A stretch of DNA of 64,000 nucleotides from Candidatus Iainarchaeum sp. (GCA_043812975.1 JBDRLP010000025.1:794-64793); one strand, 5' to 3'. Shown: positions 20,072 through 30,024, counted from the stretch's first letter. The notes: generated from the letters alone by a model not told the origin. Numbers and translations: made by a program.

Positions 20072-20863
20072 TTATTCAACCACCAAAATTAATTCAAAAA
20101 CAGGCCTGTCAATTGAAACAAAACCTGCATCAAAATATTTACCGTTAATTTCCTGTGCCCATTTTTCCTTGAATTCTTCGGGAGGAAAATCATTAATTAT
20201 TTTTAAATTATAAGTTCCCTGAGGGGCTTCTGGTTTTACAAAAACATTTAATTCAACATCTTTTGCCCAGTTCTTTTCAAATTTCGGAAAATTTGGCCCG
20301 ATTAAAAAAATAGGCTCTTTTATGCTCACATCAAAAAACTCTTTTGCTTCTTCATCCTCAAAAAAAGCATCCAATTTAAATCCCTGATAAGACCTAACCC
20401 CATAGCCGGAGTGAAAGAAGAACCTTGTTTTAACATTCTCTTCCCGATTAACAAAAACCGTTTTTTTTATCGGATAAGAACCATAACCATAAGCAGCATA
20501 ATGAGTTGTTGGCGGGTTTAACCAATAGTTCAAACCATTTTTCATAAAAGAAGGATAAAACTCGGGCTGGAGGAAATACTTTTCCGAGAAAAATAATTCA
20601 TCTCTGAAACCCCCTGAATGGTACAAAGAAACTATTTTGTTAAAATCATTTGGAGGCAAAGGAAGTTCTGAAAAAATTGCAGGCGAAAGTTTGTAAGAAA
20701 TTCTTTGCTCTGATAAAAGAACTTGTTTTTCTGAATCCTGCTCATTAAGAATTAATGAATCATTTTGAACATTATTCCCGCTTAACAATAAAAATGCAGC
20801 TAAAACCAGAACAATAATACCAATTGAGGCATAAATAATTTTTTTTTCCATAAAAATACCCAA
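20072..20863 (-). CDS. membrane-anchored protein, paralog B of the YFLQPEFYP-motif family
   Basis: 263 aa; N-terminal TM; EKYFLQPEFYPSF..GLNYW...GYGSYP. Confidence 0.5.
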   Translation of the reverse strand: MGIFMEKKIIYASIGIIVLVLAAFLLLSGNNVQNDSLILNEQDSEKQVLLSEQRISYKLSPAIFSELPLPPNDFNKIVSLYHSGGFRDELFFSEKYFLQPEFYPSFMKNGLNYWLNPPTTHYAAYGYGSYPIKKTVFVNREENVKTRFFFHSGYGVRSYQGFKLDAFFEDEEAKEFFDVSIKEPIFLIGPNFPKFEKNWAKDVELNVFVKPEAPQGTYNLKIINDFPPEEFKEKWAQEINGKYFDAGFVSIDRPVFELILVVE

Positions 20864-20866
20864 GAT

Positions 20867-23800
20867 TTATTTAGCAACACCAGTGCTAAGGACGTTTCTG
20901 TCAATACTCCCTACAGTTGCACTAACAAAATCAGCCCAGAGATAAATATTCAGGTCAGCAGTTCCTGTTGTGTAAAGAGCGGTTCCAGCATGAGGTGCTA
21001 AGGTAGTTATATCAACACACCCTGTTGCCGGAGCACCTCCGCAGGTTGCTTCCCATCCATTGTAAACATTAGAACCCTTTAATTCAAGAGTTCCAGGAAG
21101 AGCAGCATTCAAATCAAGAGTAATATTCATATCATTACTTGCAGTACTTTGGTTGTCATAAACAAAGAAAGCTAAACCAGTAGGAGAAGCAGCATCAACC
21201 TGTCCCTGCGCAGCAACCTGAGTTTGATCAGCCAAACCGCTTAAATCAGTGGTTACAAAATAACCTTTTTCACAATCAGCCCCTGCATCAATACTACCTT
21301 CCCCCTCAGTACAACCGCTATTGGGCAAAGCAAGAACAAAAGTAAAATCCTCGGAAAAAGTCTGGATTGTCATTGTTCTATCAGTACCGCTACTAGTGGT
21401 TATAGCAGTCTGAGTTCCATCTCCCCAAAAACGCAATTCAAAAATCCAGTCCTGCGGCGCATTCAAAACCCATGAAACAGCATAGTCCCCTCCGGAACTA
21501 AGAGTCTGATTTTGCGGCTGAGAACCAGAAACAATGTAAAGAGGCGAACCAACATCAGTATTCAAATCCATCCAAGTAGAACAACCAGCACCAACACAAT
21601 ACTGAACATTAGTATCAACCGAACCACAATCATAATTACTGCAAGAAGTTGTTCCGTTAACAAGGAAATTTACGTTCTGGTTTACAGTAACATTATTGTC
21701 CGCAGGAGGATTGCTTATTACAAATGAAAGATCCCCATCAGGCTCCAAAGTAATTGTTCTTTCAGTGCCGACAGTAGTGTTGGCATCTGCCATTGTTCCA
21801 GTTGTGTTGAATCTTAATTCATAAGTCTGTGCAACATTACCTTTCAAAACCCAAGAAACATTAAGGCTTTCACTTGCATTTGCATCAGTAAAAGTTTGTG
21901 GTTGAGAACCAGAAATAAGGTATAGAGGAGAACCAGAATCGGCATTCAAATCCATCCAAGTAGAACAACTAGCACCAATACAATACTGAACATTGGTGTC
22001 AACCGAACCACAGTCAGCATTCCTGCAAGTTGTAGAACCGTCAACCAAAAAGTTATTGCCTAAATACATAGTGTTCGCGTCAGCAGGAGGATTTGTGATT
22101 ACAGGTTCAAGTGTTCCTGCATCAACAACCCAGTCAGCAATTGTTATTGGTGTTGCATCACATTCATTCTCATCATCACAGCAGGTTGCCTCATCACCAG
22201 AATTATTAGTTCCAATATCCTCCCAAGAAGTTGTGTAAGAACAACTAGGAGTTGTATCAGTTCCGTTTGAACCAGCGCAAATTAAATCTGCACCTGATGT
22301 TGTTGAATCACAGGATGCAGCACCAGACCTGCAAACAACTAATCTGAAATTATCTCCTGCATCAGTACAATTTCCAGTGAAAGTAATAGCAGTGCCATGG
22401 TAAACCGAACCATCATTTGTAATTGTGCTTGTAATATCAGGAGCCAAATTTGGCTGGGTGTAGTAAATGTAAGGGTCAAAAGTCGCTCCTAATTCTCCAG
22501 TATCATAAAAATTAACTTCACATTCTTGTTTCCTGTCAGCTCTTGTGGTATCGTCTAAAAAGAACCTCAAAGTAAGGTAATCTCTTACTGCGGTAACATT
22601 GTTATTCCACGCAGTTGTAACAGTGGCATTAATGTCCCCAGCAATTGTATCACAGTCAAACCAATTTCCTACCACTGCCTCAAATATACTAGAATCAAAA
22701 TCAGTATCATCAATTGCAGCTCCAAGAGTCGTTATGCTGTCCAAATCAAATGTTCCAGGTAATTCTTTTGTTACTGTTGTCTGATAAGCCAAAGCAAACT
22801 CAGCAGTACTAACGCTGCCTATACCAGTAATGTCAAACTCGAGGACCGCCCTACTGTGATAGTCTGAGCCCGAGTTGTCATATCCTGCTTCAATATCTGC
22901 TGAATTAACCGAACTTGGAGAACCGTCTACAAGGCGTACTACTGTGCCGTCTACATCCGCTGTGCCTTCATTAATTGAAACCGAAGGATCCAATTCAATC
23001 AAAGAACCGTTTCCAAGAGTTTGGTAAATAAAAGTTTGGTTTCCATTAACATCAAGACTTAGTTCTGAATCGTAAAAAGAACCATTATTGGTTGGATCTG
23101 CAAAACTTATAGTGGCAACTGAATTATTTGAGAGGTCTGTTAAGAAAATTATTTTTTGGTTAGATTCATCATCCTCAGGAGGAACAAATAAACTTGCCTC
23201 AAAATCCCCAGAAGTTGCATGCTTCAGCCTTAAAATATTGTTTTGAGAAGAATAATTCCAGTCCTCAACCTCCAAACCCCATTTCAAACTGCTTCTTTTT
23301 AATTTATAATAAATGTGAACATCTGCACCACCATAATTGAAACTCCAAGAAAGCCTTCCCTTTTCAAAACCAACATCATTCAGGACGTTTTCTTTTTCTT
23401 TGTAATCAGCAGGAAAAGGATTTTCAGTGAAATTCACGAAATCAACAACCTCGTTTGCAGGGGTTATTTCCTCAATTGCTATAGGGGTTACTCCTAATAT
23501 TTGGCTGGTGTTGTTGCTGTAAATCCTCGTGCTTCCAAGGTTCTCCTTGAAATCCACAATCAAACACTCATTCTCGAGCCTGTGGGCATAATCATTATCA
23601 TTTATTTGCGAGTAAAAAGTTTCTCCGCATTCCGAATCAGTGTAAAGTCTTTTTCCTTCAGAACCAAAGTCAAATGTATCAGTAATTGGCTCGTCCTTCA
23701 ATGGTTTTTTGTTCTTCTTAATTTCCTTTGTTCTTCTAATATTCAACAAATCATCCGAATCCTCGATTGTATCATTATAATCATCAATTACTTCATCAGG

Positions 23801-25603
23801 AATTTTTTTCTTTGAAAAAGCAAAAGCAACAGGACTATAATTAAAAGTTGCTTCATTTGTGAAATTTAAATCAACCCAAGAGCCATTACATTCTTGACCT
23901 GCAAAATTCCAGCTGCTGCACTCAAAGAGGTGCTCAAAGTTTTTTGGTAAATTAAAAATTGCAGTCGAGCCTGAAAACTGCGGGTTAACTTTTAAGGCAA
24001 CTAGGGATAAGTAACTTGGATTGATTTTTGCAAGGGTGTTACTGTCAAGAATCTCACTAACCTCAATCAGGATTGTGTTTGAATCCAAAACAACATTACT
24101 CAAAGAAATTGATCCGAGAGTTTGGTCGGAGAAAAGTATTTCAGCATCATAAGTCCCCGACAAAACACTAACACTTTTGCCAGAGCCTGCCAAAGAAGCA
24201 TTGGAATCAAACAATGACAAATTTGATTCAGTATTTGACGCTACAATTGTTAGTAAGGGCAATTCTTGAGGCAGTTCTTCTGGTTCTTCAGCAGGAGGTT
24301 CTTCAATAATTTCTTCGGGAATTTTCTGCGCAAAACCCATTGCATTGCCGGAAGCAAATATTTTTGATGATATTACATTTCCATTTCGTGTGCCGCCAAA
24401 TAATTCCCACGAACCACTGCAGTTTTGTGATTCAAAATCCCAGTAATTGCACTCATAAACAAATCCAGCATCATAAGGAACAGTAACATCAAAATCAGTA
24501 GTGGAAAAACCAACATTGGGTTTTAGGGAAATGATTTTGACCCACTGCAAATTAGCATCAGGAACAGCAAAATCTAGAGAAATGCTCTCATCAACCTCAA
24601 TTAAAGTTACATCAGAATCAATTACGAGTTCATTAATAGTAATAGTGTTGAGTTGTGTTTCCAGAAAAGTCAGGTTTGCGTTGTAAGTTCCTTCATCAAG
24701 TTGCACTTGCTCGGTTGACGAGTCAACCAAATTACCATTAAGATCAAAAACTGATAAAGCAGCAGAAACATTTGAAGGAACAACAGTAAACAAAGAAGAA
24801 TCATCAATGATTACAAGCGATGGTCCAATTGTATTATTCGTATCTTCAGAAGGCTGTTCCTCGACTAACTCGTTTTCAATTGTAATGGAAATTAATTCAG
24901 AATAACAGGCAACCTCGGTGCAGGCATTTGCCTCTAAATCATAAACGCCGTTGTCAAATTCAGCAGTATTTATTTCAGCAGTTATAGTATTCTCTGAAAG
25001 AGTTCCATCAATTTGAGTTCCATTGATTTCAAACCACTGCGAAGTTATTTCCCCAAAGTTCTGCAGAGAAACAATAATCACATCAAGGCCGCTCAGAACC
25101 TGAAATTCTATAGGCGAAACAAAAATTATTTCAGGAATCAGTTCAATAAGGTCATCAATAATTCCTCCGCCAGAACCAGAATCTTCTGGTGGTTCAATCA
25201 CAACATTTGTATCAGGTGGTTCTTCTTCAGGCAGTGGTTCTGCAACAACATTTTGATCAGGAACTTCTTCAGGAACAGGTTCTGGCTCAGGTTCAGGAAG
25301 GGGTTCTTCCTCAGCAGAAGGTTCTTCAGGAGGAACTTCCACAGGAACAGGTTCCTCTTCAATAACAGGAGGCTCTTCCACTAGTGGCTCCTCTATTGGA
25401 GGCTCTTCCACTGGTGGTTCAAGATCTGGCTCGGAAACAGGTTCTGGTTCTGGAATAGGTTCAGGATCTGGGTCTATGAGAGGAGGTTCAGGAGCAGGAG
25501 GCTCTGGGTCTGGAGCTGGTTCTTCTGGAGGACTTGTGTCCTCTGAGAAAACAAATCCAAACAAAAGCAAAACCAAAACTAAAGCCGTCAGAAATCTTTT
25601 CAT
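20867..25603 (-). CDS. giant secreted surface protein / putative adhesin
   Basis: 1578 aa; signal peptide; about 120-aa Pro/Glu-rich PEPEP linker; internally duplicated ~125-aa modules (TNVQYC[IV]GA.CSTWMDLN...SGSQPQ); Cys-rich C-terminal half. Confidence 0.7.
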   Translation of the reverse strand: MKRFLTALVLVLLLFGFVFSEDTSPPEEPAPDPEPPAPEPPLIDPDPEPIPEPEPVSEPDLEPPVEEPPIEEPLVEEPPVIEEEPVPVEVPPEEPSAEEEPLPEPEPEPVPEEVPDQNVVAEPLPEEEPPDTNVVIEPPEDSGSGGGIIDDLIELIPEIIFVSPIEFQVLSGLDVIIVSLQNFGEITSQWFEINGTQIDGTLSENTITAEINTAEFDNGVYDLEANACTEVACYSELISITIENELVEEQPSEDTNNTIGPSLVIIDDSSLFTVVPSNVSAALSVFDLNGNLVDSSTEQVQLDEGTYNANLTFLETQLNTITINELVIDSDVTLIEVDESISLDFAVPDANLQWVKIISLKPNVGFSTTDFDVTVPYDAGFVYECNYWDFESQNCSGSWELFGGTRNGNVISSKIFASGNAMGFAQKIPEEIIEEPPAEEPEELPQELPLLTIVASNTESNLSLFDSNASLAGSGKSVSVLSGTYDAEILFSDQTLGSISLSNVVLDSNTILIEVSEILDSNTLAKINPSYLSLVALKVNPQFSGSTAIFNLPKNFEHLFECSSWNFAGQECNGSWVDLNFTNEATFNYSPVAFAFSKKKIPDEVIDDYNDTIEDSDDLLNIRRTKEIKKNKKPLKDEPITDTFDFGSEGKRLYTDSECGETFYSQINDNDYAHRLENECLIVDFKENLGSTRIYSNNTSQILGVTPIAIEEITPANEVVDFVNFTENPFPADYKEKENVLNDVGFEKGRLSWSFNYGGADVHIYYKLKRSSLKWGLEVEDWNYSSQNNILRLKHATSGDFEASLFVPPEDDESNQKIIFLTDLSNNSVATISFADPTNNGSFYDSELSLDVNGNQTFIYQTLGNGSLIELDPSVSINEGTADVDGTVVRLVDGSPSSVNSADIEAGYDNSGSDYHSRAVLEFDITGIGSVSTAEFALAYQTTVTKELPGTFDLDSITTLGAAIDDTDFDSSIFEAVVGNWFDCDTIAGDINATVTTAWNNNVTAVRDYLTLRFFLDDTTRADRKQECEVNFYDTGELGATFDPYIYYTQPNLAPDITSTITNDGSVYHGTAITFTGNCTDAGDNFRLVVCRSGAASCDSTTSGADLICAGSNGTDTTPSCSYTTSWEDIGTNNSGDEATCCDDENECDATPITIADWVVDAGTLEPVITNPPADANTMYLGNNFLVDGSTTCRNADCGSVDTNVQYCIGASCSTWMDLNADSGSPLYLISGSQPQTFTDANASESLNVSWVLKGNVAQTYELRFNTTGTMADANTTVGTERTITLEPDGDLSFVISNPPADNNVTVNQNVNFLVNGTTSCSNYDCGSVDTNVQYCVGAGCSTWMDLNTDVGSPLYIVSGSQPQNQTLSSGGDYAVSWVLNAPQDWIFELRFWGDGTQTAITTSSGTDRTMTIQTFSEDFTFVLALPNSGCTEGEGSIDAGADCEKGYFVTTDLSGLADQTQVAAQGQVDAASPTGLAFFVYDNQSTASNDMNITLDLNAALPGTLELKGSNVYNGWEATCGGAPATGCVDITTLAPHAGTALYTTGTADLNIYLWADFVSATVGSIDRNVLSTGVAK
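21500..22150. repeat. tandem intragenic DNA repeat (2 units of about 380 bp) in the giant surface protein gene
   Basis: Near-identical stretches ttcaaatccatccaagtagaacaac.agcaccaa.acaatactgaacatt begin near 21561 and 21945. Confidence 0.6.
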
Positions 25604-25649
25604 GCTTAGTAATATGAAGTTAATAGATATATTCTTTACTAAATAGAAC

Positions 25650-25907
25650 TCAGCCGTATTTCAGTTTTAAAAAAGCTATTCCTAAAACAATTAAGAAGGT
25701 TAAAACATTTGCAATAATTATAGGAATTTCATTTAACATTAATCCATAAACAATCCATACTAAAACCCCTGTACCAAGAACTAAAAGAAACCCCCTTGAA
25801 ATATCTTTTGTGGATTTTGTACGCCATGCTTTTATGAACTGCGGAAGATTTGCAATAGTTGTTAATGTTCCTGCAAGAATGCCAATGTAAAAAATTAAAT
25901 CAGGCAT
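25650..25907 (-). CDS. SemiSWEET / PQ-loop family transporter
   Basis: 85 aa, 3 TM. ANLPQFIKAWRTKSTKDISRGF...VYG...PIIIANVLT matches the bacterial SemiSWEET pattern. Confidence 0.7.
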   Translation of the reverse strand: MPDLIFYIGILAGTLTTIANLPQFIKAWRTKSTKDISRGFLLVLGTGVLVWIVYGLMLNEIPIIIANVLTFLIVLGIAFLKLKYG

Positions 25908-25942
25908 AAACTACCATTACTAATGTTTATTTTTAACAATAT

Positions 25943-26665
25943 CTAAATTTGTGTGATTTTGTTCATACAAATAGTTATTGTGTTTCTGAGTTTCTGGATT
26001 GGTTCTTTTTTTAGTTCAAAAGTTTCCTCATTCATGTACACTGATTTGTTTACTTCTAATTCAAGAGCATGCACATTTGGTTTTTGAGTAACGTAATGGA
26101 TTATTTTGGCTCTTTCTCCTGAATAAGGATTGTTTCTTTCAGCATGATACCCTTGCTTTTGAAATTCCTCCTCAAAAATTTTCAAAAGATTTTCAGGAAC
26201 AGTTCCTGGGCTTCTTCCTGTTGCAAAACAAATTTCAGGCCTTTCCTTTCCGGCATCACCAGAAACAAGGCTTCCTTTAGAATCCATTGAATGGCCGTCT
26301 AAAACAAACAATTGTTTTTCTCTTTGTAAAAAAGAATCAAGTTTTTTGTAAAAAGGATCATAATATTTTACTAAACGGTTTTCGATTACATCAGGGGTAA
26401 GTTCATGCTTCAGAACTATTTCCCCGCTCCATGTTTCTGTAATAATAACTCCCTGACCTTCGCGTAAATCATTTCTTTCACGGTTAATATCAACAACAAA
26501 TCTTGAAGCAGTTGCCTTTAACACCTGAAAATTTTCCAAATCAAAAATTGATTCAGTTCCGAAATCAAGATGTTTATTCATGTGCTTTGGACTTAGGTTA
26601 AACTCGTGATGAAATTCTTTCGGGATAAATATGGAACCATGAGGAATAGTAATCAGTGTTTCCAT
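25943..26665 (-). CDS. N-formylglutamate amidohydrolase (FGase) family zinc hydrolase
   Basis: ITIPHGSIFIP, VVDINRERND and VLDGHSMD match the IPHxG / DxNR / DxHS signature of the FGase family. Confidence 0.6.
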   Translation of the reverse strand: METLITIPHGSIFIPKEFHHEFNLSPKHMNKHLDFGTESIFDLENFQVLKATASRFVVDINRERNDLREGQGVIITETWSGEIVLKHELTPDVIENRLVKYYDPFYKKLDSFLQREKQLFVLDGHSMDSKGSLVSGDAGKERPEICFATGRSPGTVPENLLKIFEEEFQKQGYHAERNNPYSGERAKIIHYVTQKPNVHALELEVNKSVYMNEETFELKKEPIQKLRNTITICMNKITQI

Positions 26666-26668
26666 TTC

Positions 26669-27589
26669 TTAAACACCTTTGGGTTTCAATTTTTCTTTAT
26701 TTTCTTTTTTCCCTCTATTTTCTTTATTTTCAAGCCCTTTTTTATACAAAAAATTAAGTATTGCTTTTGCGATTTTGTTTCCAAAAAATTTCTGTATCAT
26801 ACCGGGAGTAAAATTTATTTCAACAAGCATCGGACCGTTTTTAGTCATTAAAAAATCAACACTGCATACATCTGCGCCAATAAGTTCTGCTGCACGCAAA
26901 GCCATTTCCTTTACATCCTCATCAAGCTCAATTTTTTCAGCCGATCCTCCTGTAGAAACATTAGCACGCCACTCGCCTGCCCCTCCTTTTCTTTTGATTC
27001 CCATAACTTCTTTCCCAATTACTAATGCACGGTAATCAGTTGCTTCTGCGGGCATATATTCCTGTGTGGAAATAAACTCATCAAAGACCCGCAGGGTCTC
27101 AAGAATTGGTTTAAACTCTTCCTCAGAATTAACAAGCATTACGCCTTTTCCTCCAAAACCACTAAGAAGTTTCACTACAACAGGAAAACCTGTTCTTTTT
27201 ACAATATTTGCTGAAACCTCAGGAGTAACAGAAATTGAAGAATCCGGAACAGGAATTCCGATAGAGCTGACAACTTTAATAGTGTAAAACTTGTGATTAC
27301 AAACCTGAAATGCTTCAGCAGTACTCTGAACGTAAACTCCGGAGTTTTCAAGAATATCAAGAAGCATTTCAGCAAGGACAAAGTCTTCTCCAAATGCCCT
27401 TACCCAAACAACATCAAATTCTGAAAGGTCACGGTTTTTGTAAAATATTTTAGTCTCACCATTTTCACAGGAAATCCTGATTTTATTAAGCGAAACAAAA
27501 AGCATTGATTCAAATTTTTTCTGGGCTTCTTCTATTATGAGAGGCTGGACATCTACTCCTGATTTTCCGCTTATAATGCATATTTTCAT
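26669..27589 (-). CDS. RimK-like ATP-grasp alpha-L-glutamate-type ligase
   Basis: VVVKLLSGFGGKGV, EYMP..DYRALVIG, NVSTGG, ADVCSVDFLM and VEINFTPG are typical RimK/LysX/CofF motifs. Confidence 0.8.
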   Translation of the reverse strand: MKICIISGKSGVDVQPLIIEEAQKKFESMLFVSLNKIRISCENGETKIFYKNRDLSEFDVVWVRAFGEDFVLAEMLLDILENSGVYVQSTAEAFQVCNHKFYTIKVVSSIGIPVPDSSISVTPEVSANIVKRTGFPVVVKLLSGFGGKGVMLVNSEEEFKPILETLRVFDEFISTQEYMPAEATDYRALVIGKEVMGIKRKGGAGEWRANVSTGGSAEKIELDEDVKEMALRAAELIGADVCSVDFLMTKNGPMLVEINFTPGMIQKFFGNKIAKAILNFLYKKGLENKENRGKKENKEKLKPKGV

Positions 27590-28449
27590 TATTTTCCCCT
27601 CATTTTTTCTTCATAGTGAGCTACAACTTTTTCATACATATTCTGGCTTGAAGCAGCATTGAACATTGCAAAATCAATTTTATTTCGAACTCCTATTACT
27701 TTTCCATTAATCATTTTTACAACGCCAATATCCATTCCGGAAACTTTTGCTGCTTTAATAGCCATTTCTCTGTCATCATCAGAAAGTTTTGTGGTTAATG
27801 GTTTTTTTGAATGGGAAAGTTCCTTTTCAACCCACTTTCTTTTAATCGTAAAAACATCATCGCCAATAACAAGGCTCTGGTCAACATCCCCTTCTAAATA
27901 TTCCTGAATTGTTATTGCATCAATGTTCACAGAAATACTTCTTATAAAAGATTTTAACGAACGTTCAGATTCAATAAGAACAGAATTGGTTTTTTTCAGA
28001 CCGGAAAAAGTTTTAACGATAAGAGGATATGAAAAAGTTTTGAGGCTGGCGTCAATTGTTTCCTTATCAGCAATAATATCTGTCTTGGAAATATTTACTT
28101 TTTTTGAGTTAAGTGAAACATAAAGAAAGGGCTTGTTTGAAAGTAAATAATAGGAATTTGGTTTTAGGTTACAGTAAATTCCGGAATCCACCAGTTCACT
28201 TATAAATGGTTCTGCAAAAACAGTGAACTCAACAGGAAGACTAAGGAAAACAGAATCATATTCAGAAAAAGCTTTCCCATCACGGAAAATACTTGAAGAG
28301 TTCTTTTCAACCAGAACACCAATGCTACCTATTTCAACAAATTCCGAATCGATTTTCTTTGAATTAAAAGCCTTTATCAGTGCCTCTATATCCGAAGTTT
28401 TTTTCTCAGCAATTAATGCTACATTCATAACAACAAACCACTTAAGCAA
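27589..28449 (-). CDS. divergent ATP-grasp-like paralog, possibly a non-catalytic partner
   Basis: Same length and layout as the RimK fold (LIVKTFSGLKK.. ; EYLEGDVDQSLVIGD; VVKMINGKVIGV) but the Gly-rich ATP loop is degenerate. 1-nt overlap with the downstream ligase. Confidence 0.5.
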   Translation of the reverse strand: MLKWFVVMNVALIAEKKTSDIEALIKAFNSKKIDSEFVEIGSIGVLVEKNSSSIFRDGKAFSEYDSVFLSLPVEFTVFAEPFISELVDSGIYCNLKPNSYYLLSNKPFLYVSLNSKKVNISKTDIIADKETIDASLKTFSYPLIVKTFSGLKKTNSVLIESERSLKSFIRSISVNIDAITIQEYLEGDVDQSLVIGDDVFTIKRKWVEKELSHSKKPLTTKLSDDDREMAIKAAKVSGMDIGVVKMINGKVIGVRNKIDFAMFNAASSQNMYEKVVAHYEEKMRGK

Positions 28450-30024
28450 TTATTTTTTGCTTGTTTTTGATTTTGTACTTTTTTCTTTGGATTTTTCAGA
28501 TTCAGTTTTTTCCTTTTCCTGTTTCTGCTTTGAAGAAGTTAAATCCGGCTTCCAAATATGCTTTACTTTTTCTTCTTTAATCTTTGGAGCAAGATGTTCT
28601 GAAATAATCTCATTAATCATATTTCTTTGCCTGAACTGTCTTTTCAAATATCTCTCAAAAGATTTTGAAAGGTTTTTATAAGAAGCAACATCCCCATAAA
28701 GAAGACCTTCATTTAAGCGCCAGAATGCAGAGGTTCCTTTTTTGGCAAAAACAAAATAACCCCTTGAAATATCATAATCATCCATTGCATCCTCAAGAAG
28801 CTGGTGATTTACCAAATAAACCCCTGCTGTTTCGTTACTTGGATCCATTACTACAAGTTCCTCTCCCTCAACACCAACACATAAAACATAGTGGCCGGAC
28901 CTGCTTTCTTTTTCAGGGAAAATCACTGGTTTCTTGTACCATAAAATAATCATTGCTCCTTCCGCAATCCACGCCTTTATTTCCTGAGCAAGATCAAAAA
29001 TTTCATCAAACCTTATTAATTGACCTTTAACCTCTGAATTAGTGAACTTCTTCACAGCATTAATAAGGTCTTCCGGTTCCGTTCCTCCGGGAATCTTGGT
29101 TTTTGATTCCTTAGCCAGTTCTTCCTGAGTAATAGTATAACCAAAAAAATCAAGCATCATAACAGCTGAAGCAGGGCCACAGTAACTTGGCAATTGAGGC
29201 ATAAAGTTTTTCATCAACGCTTCAATCTTTGTGATGTTACTTCTAACCCTTTTCACAAGAAGTTCTTTTGTGATAATAACTTTGTTTGGAATAATATGAT
29301 TGTAACCGGAACTTGTTTCAATAATAACGCCGTGATTTGTAACGCTAATTACTTCACCTTCACTGTCCTGAAGTTTAACTCTTTGACCCGGCTTGAGAAT
29401 GTTTTTTTCAACATACCTTGCAAGCAGAGCATTTGAAATATAATCCTTGAAAGAATAAGCGATTAATGCTCCTGAGAAAAACATCAAAGTGAAAACAGTG
29501 CCTGCAATTATCGTATCAAAGAAAGGGACTGGCCGCGCGTAATAATTCAGGGTAATGCTTAGTAAAACGAGATAAAGGAAAAGTTTCAGGACAAAGAAAA
29601 CAGTGTTTATTATGTTTGATGAAACACCAAACTCGTGTAAGTAATCAAGTCTTCCTATTCGGGTGAAAAAAGTTTTCAGAATATCAACAATCAGATTTAT
29701 TACAATGTAACCAAGCATCAGAATAAGAATAATCACAAGTGCAGCAGGAATAATATCCCAGACCCTGACTAAAACATCCTTTGCAAACTCAACCTTCAAA
29801 ACATCAAGTGCAACTATTGTAAAGAAAACAAAAATCATCAGTTCAATAAGCCTTGTAAGTGATTTTACTGATGCAACCGAAACCAAGTTTAGTTTGTCAT
29901 TAAAAGCAAGTATTGCCAAAGCAATAATCTTTGCAGAAATTACTCCTGATATAAGAATTCCTAATGCTAATACTGTTTCATTAGCAACTGCATCCTGTAA
30001 TATATCCAAACCAAATGGTAACAT
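28450..30024 (-). CDS. MscS-family mechanosensitive channel fused to a C-terminal C39-like papain-fold peptidase domain and a Lys/Ser/Glu-rich tail
   Basis: Four or more TM segments, then the MscS beta-domain KPGQRVKL.SEGEVISVTNHGVIIETSSGYNHIIPNKVII. After that come QLPSYCGPASAVMMLDFFG (Gln/Cys of C39), SGHYVLCVGV (His) and MDPSNE (Asp). Confidence 0.7.
   Translation of the reverse strand: MLPFGLDILQDAVANETVLALGILISGVISAKIIALAILAFNDKLNLVSVASVKSLTRLIELMIFVFFTIVALDVLKVEFAKDVLVRVWDIIPAALVIILILMLGYIVINLIVDILKTFFTRIGRLDYLHEFGVSSNIINTVFFVLKLFLYLVLLSITLNYYARPVPFFDTIIAGTVFTLMFFSGALIAYSFKDYISNALLARYVEKNILKPGQRVKLQDSEGEVISVTNHGVIIETSSGYNHIIPNKVIITKELLVKRVRSNITKIEALMKNFMPQLPSYCGPASAVMMLDFFGYTITQEELAKESKTKIPGGTEPEDLINAVKKFTNSEVKGQLIRFDEIFDLAQEIKAWIAEGAMIILWYKKPVIFPEKESRSGHYVLCVGVEGEELVVMDPSNETAGVYLVNHQLLEDAMDDYDISRGYFVFAKKGTSAFWRLNEGLLYGDVASYKNLSKSFERYLKRQFRQRNMINEIISEHLAPKIKEEKVKHIWKPDLTSSKQKQEKEKTESEKSKEKSTKSKTSKK

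Noticed and set aside
21512-25384. Multiple 60-120-aa plus-strand ORFs (21512, 21993, 22599, 23315, 23501, 24501, 25013) antisense to the giant surface protein gene
   Set aside because: All lie opposite a continuous 1578-aa ORF with signal peptide and repeat structure. Their products are low complexity (R/N/F-rich).
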